Part shown: positions 42,205-54,733 of the stretch, one piece after another | How positions within the stretch are numbered: the stretch's first letter is position 1 | Layout of the letters: every line of letters starts with the position of its first letter | NCBI GenBank assembly: GCA_964304625.1 | Contig: OZ199839.1 | Span: forward strand, 6,700,234 to 6,764,233 | Length of the DNA: 64,000 bases | Reading direction: 5' to 3' | From: Kudoa neothunni | Taxonomy: Eukaryota > Animalia > Cnidaria | Made by a program: the position numbers and the translations under genes | The notes under the pieces: model-generated | What the model was told of the DNA's origin: nothing | The model's database searches: none | Seen by the model: the letters and a program-made list of their open reading frames with translations, nothing else

Positions 42205-45057
42205 ATGAAGCTATACGTTAGTTTCTTCATTGTTAAATTAATTAATTAGTAACACCATAAGGATATTATTACAGAAGCAGAACACAGGATAGAAATAATT
42301 AGGGTTAATGTGAAGTATCTTTCAGGCGTGTCTAATTAATTATATGTTAATTAGTATCGATTTAATTAATATCATTTCCGTCGCTTTACGTTTAATATTT
42401 TGAAGAAAAGTAGTGCCAGGTAATACCAATATATTATTTATATAAATTGGAAATATACTGACATATTAATAACATTATTATAATTCTTAGTTTGAAAACT
42501 TTGTCGTTAAGAAACACACTGATATTGCTGTATTTAACACATCAGTTGGAAAATTATACATATCGTTGAGACAGAATGCTGAATATTTTGATTTATTCTG
42601 TTTTTTTTGGTTGTCTTCATAATATATTAAATGAAGAATCTAAAACAACCACAGTAATATATATTATTATAAGGATAAAAATAACATATATTTAAAGGAT
42701 TTGTTGGTTTATCTCAATTTCACCAATTTCGTCATCAAGTCTTACTCATGTTACTCAGAAGACTATGAAATTTTTGGGGTGAAATGTCTTGAAGTGCAAG
42801 AATATTTTTGCTCTGGTATAAAATGTTCAAACAATAGTTCATTCTAAAAATATTTAAATAGATTTCAAAGAGAGTAATGAAACTTCAAGAATAATACATG
42901 AAAATAAATGTTTAACGGAATTCTTCAGCGAGAAAACACTACGTAACGTTAGCGTTACTTTCCTAGTTCCCCATAGATCTTTAGAACGACGGTAGGAGGC
43001 CACTTATTAAAATAAATAATTAATGTTTAATATATACAGATTACAGGAAGGATATTTCTATACGTACGGAAGAACAATAGATCGTAGCGTAACTATTGGA
43101 AATAATAATTATCCAATACATTATTCCATGATGACCTCATCAGAAAAAATATTCTATCAATATTTGATATCAAATGAAAAATCAATCCCACCCCCTAAAG
43201 TTATTAATTGGTAGAAATAAAATCAATAATTTTATGAATTACTTTTAGTTGCCTGTACCACTTGTTTATGAATCGGTAATTTAAAATTTTGCTTCTATAT
43301 TCCGTTGATTCTAATATTAATATTTCATTCGTTCATTAAATCAAAAATGAAACGGTTAAATTAATATCTATTGAACTGGAATATGTTAGGAATATGATGA
43401 TCACGGTTATATTTTCATCGATCAACATATGATTTCTTTGGGATATTTGACAGAAGAGAATCCTTATAATCCAGATATAACAACCGTTAGAACCAAAAAT
43501 GAATCTCATTCGTTTTATTCATTATCCTTACCTGGTTTGGGCCATTCAGAAATTGTGTTCATGATTGTATACCATTTGTTATATGTAATTGAATATTTTG
43601 TTGGTTTAAATTACTATAACGACTATATTAAAGAATGGAGCATATACTATAAATAATAATGGTGAAATTAAAATAGAATTCCCTTGCTCTTTAGTAGATG
43701 CAAAAATTAAAGTAACCGAAGAAGAATATAAAAGTTTGTCATTTCAAAGTTATTATGATAAAAATTTTTGGGAGAAACTAAATATTATTTCCAAATATAA
43801 CTTCTCTGTCTGCGTTGAAATTATTTATAATGTTGTTTTTAATCCGAAAATATGGCATCCATGGAACTCAAAAAAAGAAAAATTACTTGCAAGTGAATTT
43901 CCACCTAAAATCGGAAGCAAACTTTTCGATGTAAACGATTATTTGATATAATTTTATGATAATCCTCAAAGTTTTCATTTAAATATTGATTAATTATAGA
44001 TATACAACTTTAAGACAGATTTTGAACTAAAAAAATATTACCGCTCATTGCAATCCATGAGATCATTAATAAACATAGCTAATCGTTTTAAAGTGTATTA
44101 CCTAACCGAGTCATTGTTATCGCCAGATGAGGCCTATAAATACGTAAAGGAATCGGTCGCAAGGTTTTTTACCTATGTTCTACTGGAGTATATTTCAAAT
44201 TCGCAATCATTCAAAGATGATGATTACGCCTTTAAGACTCATGTATGAAAGTTATTTTAAAAGCAAAAACTATTAAGTCTTATTCTAGGAATTTAAAATT
44301 GGTTGGCAGCCAGAATTTCTTAGTGACCGTATTATGAGGAGATATTATAGACGTAAATAAAATATATCTTTGAAAAATTGATGGAAACTTAATAGAAAGA
44401 GAAAATTTCGCCAACCCTCAAGGAAGTTATGGGGGACCAGTCCTTAATTTCCCTGACAATAACACAAGGTCAGTTAATGGTAGTGATTTCACTAACCTCC
44501 ACCACAATAATTCGAATACTCACGTTCGTCAACCAAATAATGAACAAGCTAGAAATTTTTCACGAAATTACCTGCGAAACCAGACTGAAGAGCAAACAGA
44601 CGAGGAGAGTTCTACTATCCCATTATATAATCAAAGTTACACAACAAGTACCCCAACTTATGGTAGAGAATATAATCAAAGTTACACAACGAGTACCCCA
44701 ACTTATGGTAGAGAATATAATCAAAGTTACACAACAAGTACCCCAACTTATGGTAGAGAATATAATCAAAGTTACACAACAAGTACCCCAACTTATGGTA
44801 GAGAATATAATCAAAGTTACACAACAAGTACCCCAACTTATGGTAGAGAATATAATCAAAGTTACACAACAAGTACCCCAACTTATGGTAGAGAATATTA
44901 TCAACGTCTTCCTGAAAGAAATTTTACTCAAAATTTTATGGAAAGTCATACTGAAGATCAAGTAGGTGAGAATCCAGCTATCCCATTATATAATCAAAGT
45001 CCTATAATGAATAACACTCATTTTGAGAGAGGAAAAGATCAAAGTCTTCACCAATGA
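42205..45057 (+). CDS. Orphan multi-exon gene with a low-complexity C-terminal tail containing six 15-aa repeats
   Basis: About 12 exon-like blocks with 40-100 nt GT-AG introns (e.g. FENFVVKKHTDIAVF, LQEGYFYTYGRT, EFPCSLVDAKIKV, EFKIGWQPEF). The last exon is open from ~44396 to TGA at 45055-45057 in a frame not listed in the ORF track. The 5' start is uncertain. Confidence 0.65.
44626..44895 (+). repeat. 45-bp coding tandem repeat x6 (YNQSYTTSTPTYGRE)
   Basis: Unit tataatcaaagttacacaacaagtaccccaacttatggtagagaa. The single variant (aca>acg) is synonymous in this frame. Confidence 0.95.
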
Positions 45058-45999
45058 CCTAAATTATCGTTCTAATCGCGATAGTAAAAATTCTCTTGAT
45101 CACTGTTTTATATATCTTTGTGGTAGAATGAAATCTGCAAAACCATCTATTTGAGCTAAGGTTGAGTCAAGATGCCGTTAATTATCTATCTACTGATAAC
45201 TTATCATATTATTTAATATTATTCTATTATATATGGCATCAAACGAAGTTTATTTACTCAAAACATAGCTAGAGCTTTTATCGCTGAAATTCTCATCATT
45301 ATTGGTTAAAGAAATGGACAAAATTTAATGAATATATACAATAACATTTTAATAATGAGAGTTTGTTAGTTACTTAATTATTGAAGTCAATATTTCAGTA
45401 AGTTGTTGATTTTTTGTAATCGATAATGAGACTGGGAAAAGTTGCTAAAAATGCACCACTTACCGTAATTATGTTTTTCCAATATGCGCTCACATTTAAA
45501 ACTTTATTGTATTAAAGCAGTGTAACCTTACAGGGGCGGGGGAATCATTATAGAAAAAATTTAAAAATAAATCTTAATTTGTTTATTGCGTAATTCTCGC
45601 CAGTCCCGTTAAAATCATGTAAGGATGTAAGATATGTAATAATATTATCGGGTATTCTATTATTAATTATTTTCTATTCTAAAAATACGATATGACAGCA
45701 AATTTAATTGTTGATTATATTTTAATTATACTTAATAACGCATTGGGGTTATTAAATATAGGCACTGGCTTTTGGCACGGAAATTTTTAATCCAAATTGA
45801 CAACTACGTTTGAGTGGTTCCCATTCTTAATCCCGGTTACTCCTATTTTTTGTTGATTTATAAATTTTATTTTTTAGAATCTGCTGTATTTAATTATACC
45901 TACCTGGATATTATGATCGTGCAAATAGCCACTTTCTTGAGTATATTGGAAGTATTCCCTTTATAATATTTCGACTAGCGATATATCCAAAACCACATA

Positions 46000-46085
46000 C
46001 AGTCAAACCTCGATTATCTGGAAATCTCGCTATCCGTAAAGAAAATCTTCGGTCACAAATTTTCCGGATAATCGAGGTTTGACTG
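46000..46085. mobile_element. 86-bp pogo/Tigger-type MITE
   Basis: TIR cagtcaaacctcgattatc(t/c)ggaaa at both ends; TA flank on the left, CA on the right. Confidence 0.85.
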
Positions 46086-46408
46086 CATAATATTAAGGGT
46101 CAATGTGACCGTGTTCGATTATTGTCAATTAGTGTATTGGTGCCTTTATAGCGCATCCTATGTCAGGCTTATAGACATAATAAGGATAATAGATTTTATT
46201 AAGCCTGTTCAACGTGTGAAATCATTTACTTTCTTTTTTTTAATGTAAAACCATTATTATTTTTTGTTGCAGTCCCCATTTATATACTTAGACTGTGATT
46301 AGGTTGTGCCAGTATTTTTAACTACTTCGGAATAACCTATATTCCCAAAAATGAAACCAAGATGTATTTAACTTAATTTTTTTCCTGAATTTGAGACCAT
46401 TCATTTAA

Positions 46409-47145
46409 CTCTCGAATGACGGTGCTCGAAAAAATTTCGTTGGGAACGGTGGGGGTCATTTTTAACCCCAACAATTTTAGCCACTTTTTTGCGACTATGC
46501 TTGTCAAATCTCGTAATTACAATTAATACGTTTAAAAGTGGTATTCTATTTATTTCATGCTGAAAGAAATTGATTTAACCTAAAAAATGTAATAAACCCG
46601 TGGAATGAGTGTTAAATGCGTACGAACAAATGTGGCAAGTATAAAACAAATCACTGTCAAATACATCAAAATATACCATAGTCTATTACAGCAGGATAAA
46701 AAATAACCACGTTAAAACGTGTTTAAGACACAAAACTCATGAGTGACATGATGGCAGTAATATATCACGATGTCCGAAAAATAACGTTAATCTGGATATG
46801 GCGGGGCTAGCTTCATTGTACACTTTTTTGTTTACGCAACTAAAATATTTCATTTTTATATCAGAATAATCATATTATTATATTATTTACCTATAGTATC
46901 TGTTTTATTTAAAGGAATTATTTTACCATTACCTTTTAATGTTATAAAGTAATGCGTACATTGATAAAATGCATGTATTTACTACTAACGATTCGTTACA
47001 TTTATTAAAACTATATGTGTAAAAACTTAAACCCATTCACGGAGATTACAAGAAATTTAAACGATATAATAACTTGAGTTGTATCATAAAATGAGGAAAT
47101 GTTCTAAACTGGGGTCACGAATGACCCCACAGCGTCTCAGGAGGG
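46409..47145. mobile_element. piggyBac-type non-autonomous element
   Basis: TTAA|CTCTC...GAGGG|TTAA with TTAA duplicated on both sides, and subterminal GGGGTCA..ACCCC palindromes near both ends. Confidence 0.7.
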
Positions 47146-47859
47146 TTAATTGTATAGTCTTTATTATGTTACATTTCGAGTTATATGTTCGAATTTATGT
47201 CTTGTCTCTGATATGAATTTTACCTAAATTGTCTTTTAAAACGTTGATACAATAAAGATCACAGCATTCATCTATGCACTTAAATAAGTAAATAAATACC
47301 AAATTTAGAAGCTTAAATTGGTTACAATGGGTGACCATTCGTTCGTAATTTCTAGGATAGCACGCGCGGTACCAAGGAGGATACAATGCTATGAATCAAC
47401 TATAAAGATAATTTATTTTGGGGTAAATTTCTCAGTTATAGTAATATTTTTAACTGAAAATTAAATTTTGTACTTCTTGTTCAGTATCGGTTTGATGTTT
47501 ATCACTATTTAACCTTCTAAGTCACTTGAGAATTTACACCCTCCAAGTATGTATAATTGGTGTCCAGAGTACCTCACGTTTTCATTTTATAAAATATTTT
47601 AAAAAATGATAATATGTATTTTTAGAAGTTTTTAAAATATTTGATCGATTATATATTCAGTAATTTCATAAATGACATCATGTAATATTGTGTGCGCATG
47701 TGCGAGTGATAAAGGAATATTTTGACCATATCGTATGTGTGTGTTACTTTTGAGATCACATATTTTCCATAAACATAACTTAAAATTCGGCCCATTTAGT
47801 AAAATTAATTATTTATTTAATATGCGCTTAAAACGATCAAAAATATCATAATCCCGGCA

Positions 47860-48260
47860 TAGGCTATTGCATAAAACAAGTAATATAGATACGCTTGAAA
47901 TGTTCATTACGGCAGAAATGATGCTTAAAAATTCCGGATTATTTTGTTGCCTCAATATTTTCGAAATCGTCAAAATGTGAAACTCGCATTATTTTGAGAA
48001 ATTTATGTAATGAGAATAAATATCGATATATCTTTCCTTCTTCCTCTAACCCAATATTCCTATAACCGGTTCTTGATTACTCCTGTGAATTCCCTTCAGT
48101 AACAAACAGCTAATGAACCCATCTAATTCGATCCATCTATCATCAACAATTTTCCACCCATGTACTGGCTATATTTTAAAATAATTTTGTACATGAGAGA
48201 ATTAAATATTATTCTGAAATTATCAGTAATATTGTAATAAAAATGTAGCAACACCAGGAC
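47860..48260 (-). mobile_element. piggyBac transposase relic
   Basis: ELDGFISCLLLKG and FSLHKFLKIMRVSHFDD match the PGBD pattern El.afiGll..G / msr.rF..I.r.l.FDd; stops present. Confidence 0.6.
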
Positions 48261-48583
48261 GACTACTTATAACATTCCGTTCTCGTGTATTAATGAGTTA
48301 AGTTTTATATCTATATCCATATTAAATATTTCTAACGATAAATAATCATGAAATGAAGAAAATTAATTTGAAGACTCAGTATCGGAGAAATTACCATTAA
48401 GATCACACGACCACATCGTTTAAATCAATATTTTAGGTAATTAGATGAAAAAAAATCGTGGAGAACAAAATACTCCAATTATATTTGAGGGGTTAACATC
48501 GAGAAATTTACCGTAAGTGTTAACTCTGGTAGATATAAAAAATTGATCATGCCAAAAACGCATTCAACCTCAACCTCAACCTT

Positions 48584-48673
48584 AAAATAATACAGAATAT
48601 ATTTGTATTTAATCAAAATAATACAGAATATATTTGTATTTAATCAAAATAATACAGAATATATTTTTATTTA
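48584..48673 (+). repeat. 31-bp tandem repeat, about 2.9 copies, upstream of GTF2H1
   Basis: aaaataatacagaatatatttgtatttaatc starts at 48584, 48615 and 48646. Confidence 0.9.
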
Positions 48674-48770
48674 GGATATTAGAGAAAAAATTAATTTATA
48701 CGATAATCCGAACAAACACGAGAAGCCACGAAGAAGTACATTTGAGTTTGTGCACTGAATTGCTTTAAGA

Positions 48771-51205
48771 ATGAGTGAAAAAACTTTTTTTAAATGTGAC
48801 AGCGGTGTGTATTATAATCAAGTGGAGGGATCGGTAGTAGTTAATTATTCAAATATAAAGTTTATCAAAGCTGGTTGTCGAGTGCCGCTTATTGACATTA
48901 AAATTTGCGACATTAAATGTGATCTCCACAGTGCCCAACATGAAAATTAGAATAAATTTTAGTGCAACGGATAAGTCCTCCGACCAGCAAAAAAGTGCAA
49001 TTACAGGTTATACTAGATACCGATGGTCAAATGTACACATTTCATTTTAACCAACCGCAAAATCCCGATGGTGATATTGCGAGAAGAGAAGAAATGAAAT
49101 CGGTTCTTGCTAAGTTACTGCCATTGAATCGTGAGAATGCGAAAATTTCACAAAACAATGGCCGTACTTCACAGCTGATGAACTCTAATAGTAATCTTCC
49201 CTCTTCAGCGGTCAATTCGAGTAATGAAGACATTGTCGCCGAAAAACCACAATCTACCCCAGAAAATGAAAAATCGCAAAGATCGTTGTGTATGTTGTCG
49301 TTGGAAGAGAAGAAAAAGTATATCTCAGACTGATTGCTCATATATTTTTAAGGATTGAAATTCCGTAGATTGTTGACCACCAACAAAATTTTGTACCAAA
49401 TGTATAAAGAATTTGTGGCCACAAAGATAATTGAGGCTGACGATTTTTGGAGATATTTAGCTGCGGAACCTCGTATCGACAGTGTGATACAACGACCTGG
49501 ATTGGAGTCGAATTTTTGGGCTACATTGGTCCCTGAAACAAAGGGATGCAATGAGTTGGTGTTTTCGTTGCCAAAGGAGAAAATCCAAGCTATTTTTGCA
49601 ACCTACCCCTCACTCAAAGTTCTATATCAGAAAAATATTCCCAACAAAGTATATGAGTTGTTATTTAGATTTGATTTTATTCATTGAAAGATGTCACAAA
49701 ATGAATTTTGGAAGTTGTTTCTACAGTCGCAATTTTTCAACAAGGATAACACTAAAGAGATGAGAGATGCTAGGGCATTTTTTCGAGAGGCTCTCGATAA
49801 CGATTTAGGTGTGTGTGTGTATATATATAATGATAATGTTGCGCGCTCCGGTGAAATTTAAATCTTTTTTAATTTTAAGCTCAAAATGTTGCAAGTAATA
49901 CTAGAAAGGGTCGGATTAACAGCCATGACAATTTTCAACCATCTTACACCATACCTCGAGTAAGTGTGTCTCTGTTAATCCATTCACATTTAAAAATATG
50001 CTGCGCAGTCTTTTGATATAAAATACATTAGAATTATGAGAGTGATATTTTTAATTCTGTCGGCACCATTACACAAGCTGAACATCTTCAACTGTTCAAC
50101 AAATGCAATCTTCACAGTAAAACCATCCTTGATTTATCTCAACGTAGAGATACGTTAAATCACGATAGTCATAGAAAACGAAAAATGTTAGTGTATTCCA
50201 TTGGTTGGTGGTATGTGTTAATGAGATGTTAAATAGTGAGGTTGAAAGGGTTCCCGCTGACGAGAATACAGGGCATGCGCAAGACGTAACTATTATTTTT
50301 GATTTTATATGAAAATCGAATGTACCACCCATCAAAAATAGGACATTTTTAACTGCGTCATTTTTGAAGACTTGATTCTACAGGAAAAACCCAATAATGA
50401 TGATGGGGAATTTTCGTTGAAGGATTCCGACAATTTCGTGCCATCCTTTTCAAATTTTAATCCTGTAGAAAATCCTCATTTTGAGCGGAAAAGTCTATAC
50501 AATGTAAACAATCGAGCGTAGACATCGATACAATTTTCTTTGTGATCTATCGTGTAGACGACAGATATTACTAATGGAGATCTGGCTTGCTTTACAAATT
50601 CACTGGACAACTTTTACAACACGAATTTAACCAACAATAATTCGAAAAGTAAATTAGAGCTGTTGTTTGTCCTACAAACAAAAGCCCTGGATTTAGATTT
50701 CAATTCTAAGGACAATGCGGTGTCTTCGTCCGATATCGTAACCTCCCATAATCCATCCACTCATCAGCACCGCATCAATTCCAACCACAAAAATACCATA
50801 TGGATATGCTACCAATTTGTCAATAAATTGCTCGATAGGTTTTGGCTTCATTTAACTAACAGATATTCTTGTAGCGAAAAAGAGGTGTGTCAGTCGCGCG
50901 CAATTGATTAATAATATTATAAATAATATTACCACAGATATTACAGATATTATTTTTTGATTATAGTGGAATTATTTGATTTATTTAGTTGGAAGTGATC
51001 TTCAAATGTGTGTCTGAATATAGATCAAACAATCTTCAAAAGTTGGCAAAGTCTAATCAATGCTTCCGGCCAGTATTTCACAGATTTGGATTAGCCACGT
51101 TTAAACCAATTTTAGATGGTAGAACATATTACAAAAATGATCGATTCGGTTTTACAAAAATACCAACGTGTTAAAACGCTAACAAAAATTACAAATGCGT
51201 CATAA
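48771..51205 (+). CDS. GTF2H1: TFIIH subunit p62 (PH + 2 BSD domains), multi-exon
   Basis: QRISPPTSKKVQLQVIL..YTFHF (p62 PH domain); LYQMYKEFVATKIIEADDFW and IQAIFATYPSLKVLYQKNIPNKMSQNEFWKLFLQSQFF (BSD domains); C-terminus MVEHITKMIDSVLQKY.. The exons checked splice in frame. Confidence 0.92.
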
Positions 51206-52778
51206 TTCATTCAATTATAAAATAGACGACTATTTCTTGTTTATATTAATATTATATTGGTTTTTATTTTATGTTACCATGGTAAATGATTTAAATTAAA
51301 AAATGTAATTTCTTTATATCGGAAGGAGTCGGTCTTAATGACAATCTGTACGATGGATTCCGAATTAATTCAAATAAAGGGGGTTTGGTGAATTATTTCT
51401 AGTTTGAGATATTGACTCTTTTCAGTTGATTTAATTGATGATTGAAGTATTATGTTCTAAACTTTATTCAAGTGAATAAGCGAAATTTTTTGGTTGGTTA
51501 AGACTGTGTTAGAATTATTGTCTACGCCTTGTTGAGGTTGAGATTCTATTTGGATATTAATTGAGAAATAATAAAAATCTTATTAATACTGTGTAATTAC
51601 AAATGACCTTTGTAGATGAACCCCCCAAAACTAATCTTTAATTCAGTGTGCGCATGCACAGTTTTACTTGGAGTACTCGTACCCCTATTGATATATCTTG
51701 TTTAAGATTTTTTGCAATGCAGTCTGTAACCTGTGGATTATAAGGGTTGTAATCAACCAACCATAGATGCGCGATCGAGAGCAATGCAATACGACACCAT
51801 CGCCTGCCTATTAATGCAAATAATGCAAATAAATAAAATAACCCGGGTTCGAATCACAACAGTTCGACTTAAAGTTCGGATTCGAACTTTGTTTTTATAT
51901 TGATTTATGTTACAATGTATTACACATGTAAATATTTATAACTCTTTAATAAAATTGAAGAGAAATAATTTAGTATATTCGAACCGAGCATAATAATGGA
52001 TTAAATCCGCTGGCTATATGAATATTAATAATTGTGAGTCGCAATAAAATATTCTAAACTTCAAATTATTATAAACAAATATATTAATTCGATAAGATTA
52101 AAATTTGAACAGCGCCTTAATTTGGAGGATAATGAAATTATAATTATTAAAACATTGACGTTAACTAAAACAAATATATAATTTATTTTTCTTTGTTCTG
52201 TAGATAATAAATTTTAATAATTAATTAAGTCACCATGTTAATAATTCCAAAGAATTTATTTAAGCAATTTATTGGATTTAAAATGCACAAAAAAATATTT
52301 CACTACTTTAAAGATTGATATGAATAATAAATTATCTATTAAAATGAATATTTTTTAATATTTCTAGCATATTATTGAAAATTTCAATCCTAAACGACAT
52401 GTTACGTACTATGAAATTTTTAATCTCGCCAATTCTTACTCACATGTTGTACACAGATTTAACTCTTTAGAAACCGTTATATTGAATTACTTCTGGACTG
52501 CAGATTCGCTATTAGAAGCCAGAAATATTCTGTTATCGTCAAAATTAGTGACACCAGAATTTTATTTACCGCGCCAATAGCCAATTTCTTAAAAGAGCTT
52601 TATGAGAGTTAATTTTGATTTTTGGTGATGAGCCAATTAAACGGTGAGATCGTTTGAAGATTTTGTGGTAATTTATATCAAAATTCGAACTACATGCCGT
52701 TAGAAACAGAAACGAGAAAAACACTGTGAAACAGAAAGTTATATAATAGATAAGCAATTATTGATTTTGCATCAATTA

Positions 52779-53332
52779 TTATTCGTCATCATCTTCAAAG
52801 TTGTGTAGTGGGAAACAAGCAAGCTTACACATCCCTTCCTTAGCATCCAGATTTATTTCATCACCATAAGCTTCATGTAGAAGGTCGATAATTTCATAAC
52901 ACTTTCAGAGTCACATAAATGAATGAGAGTCTAACAGTTAAATTACATATTCCATGTATAGGCTGGTGAGTAGGACAGGATCTTTTAAGGTTGGAAATTG
53001 TTATTTTGTGCTTTTCAGCGACCACTTGAACAACACTCACGAACAACTATTTAATTATTCATAAAAGCTATATAAACTCGATTGTAACCCTGCAGATGAG
53101 GCAAAATGGTGAATAGTTGGTTCGACGATCGGAGGTTGATGACAAATGACTCATCCTCGTTCCATTATACTTCATTGATAGATTGACCATTTCATTTTGA
53201 TTTGGCTGGTTTCTATGAGGATGATTTCCGCGCGATACCCCAAACACTCCTTTACTATACGTCATAAAGAGAGTCGAAGTTGTAATACCTGATGCAGAAA
53301 CAATCAAGAACAGACGCTACAACCAAACTCAT
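52779..53332 (-). CDS. Secreted saposin-like protein (SAPLIP; amoebapore/NK-lysin fold), 4 exons, two apparent frame slips
   Basis: Hydrophobic N-terminus (MSLVVAS/FLIVSASGVFG), then FCLICR|LFVSVVQVVAEKHKITISNLKRSC..|CYEIIDLLHEAYGDEINLDAKEGMCKLAC: six Cys in saposin-B spacing, followed by an acidic tail. Confidence 0.6.
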
Positions 53333-54733
53333 CTTATCTAAATATTATCTCACGCTCTCCCCTAAGCTTATTACGTCGAAAAACCAAATACTGTTTTTAA
53401 TAAATAAATTTATTAAATTGTGTTAATATATTTCTTGCAAATTTAATCACATAATTGAATATTCTATTATAGATTTAAATTGATAGTTCTAGTTATGTGA
53501 TCCGATCGACAATCCTTATCATAATTCTTATATAAATATTATTAGGAATATATAAAGGTAATTAAAAATTCGTGATCCACTTCGTTATTTTCAGTTGTCG
53601 GGCGTTAAAAATATTATTTAACGTTTTTATATTTAAAATATAGATAAAAGAAATAATATTTTGTTTTTTTAAAGAAAAGAATATAAAATTTTGATGCTTT
53701 TGAATATTTTAATACATTTTTTACCATTTACATTCTATTTTCTGTGCTCTTGTTATCTATCTTAAACTTCATATTCTAAAACTTGGAATTTCCACACTTC
53801 TTTCTTGTTTAGATTAATACGACAATCTAAACAGAATTCCAGCTGAATTTGATACAGTAGGCATATTGCTTCAAGCAATAATTATTGAATCAGTCAAAAT
53901 TAAATTAATCTTCAAAATTAATGTTAGAAGTTATTCTTAAAGCAAACTAAACACAAATAAATATTTAATTATTTTTTCTTAAGCTCCAACTTTTATCGGA
54001 TTAAATGTTTTAATAATAATTTTTTTATATTTTTTTTAACATATATAAATCTAAATAACTTAATAATTTATTCAAGAATAGTAAATTATCTCTAATAAAT
54101 CAAATAATTTCAAAATATTTTAAACATATGCTAGGAATAATATTTATCATGTTTTAAATATATTCGCAGGCATTATCCAAAATATTTTCAGTTTTCAATA
54201 AAATTTAATTAATCTTAATTCAAACAGTAGGAATAATGTATTATTCGAATATGCTTAATGAAACTATATTTAAACCCATCAATTTAATATCAACCCATAA
54301 TTACATGAAACCATATAAAATAAAACCTTTCAAATATAGAAATATTCTAACTTTAAAAAGGACAAAATTTCCTGTCAATACAAATATCTTTAAAGTATAA
54401 ACATTTGACAAAGATTGTAATATTGACATTAATAATCAATAATAAAATAAATTATCTCATTACAACTAGAAAAATAATATATTATAGCTCTATTATTACA
54501 CAGAAAATTTAAAATGAATTTTCTGGCGACCACAAATAATATAGGAATACTACCGAAAGTTAAAACATCTCCTATGTTGACAAGATCATGTTTAATAACA
54601 ATAATGATTAAATAATATTTAAAATATTTTTTTATCTAATAAATAAGGACGAGTTTTGGTTTTAACCACATCGATCCCGGGCGAAATTATACGAAGTCAA
54701 ACGATACGTGTTTGGCATGTTTCTAGGTTGTTT

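Noticed and set aside
44626-44895. Regular repeat array resembling CRISPR
   Set aside because: Head-to-tail 45-bp units with no unique spacers and no cas genes; it is a coding repeat in a eukaryotic exon.
44429-44965. ORF-track proteins with IIKVTQQVPQLMVEN or antisense Cys-rich repeats
   Set aside because: These are shadow frames of the repeat. The long open frame and the synonymous variant favour YNQSYTTSTPTYGRE.
45896-45930. ATACCTACCTGG resembling the U1 5' end
   Set aside because: No U1 stem-loops or Sm site follow; it is part of the dispersed repeat shared with 25310-25490.
51640-51895. GGTTCGAATC B-box-like motif and a small hairpin (tRNA or SINE?)
   Set aside because: No cloverleaf or A-box at the right spacing; repeated TTCGA motifs look more like transposon subterminal sequence.
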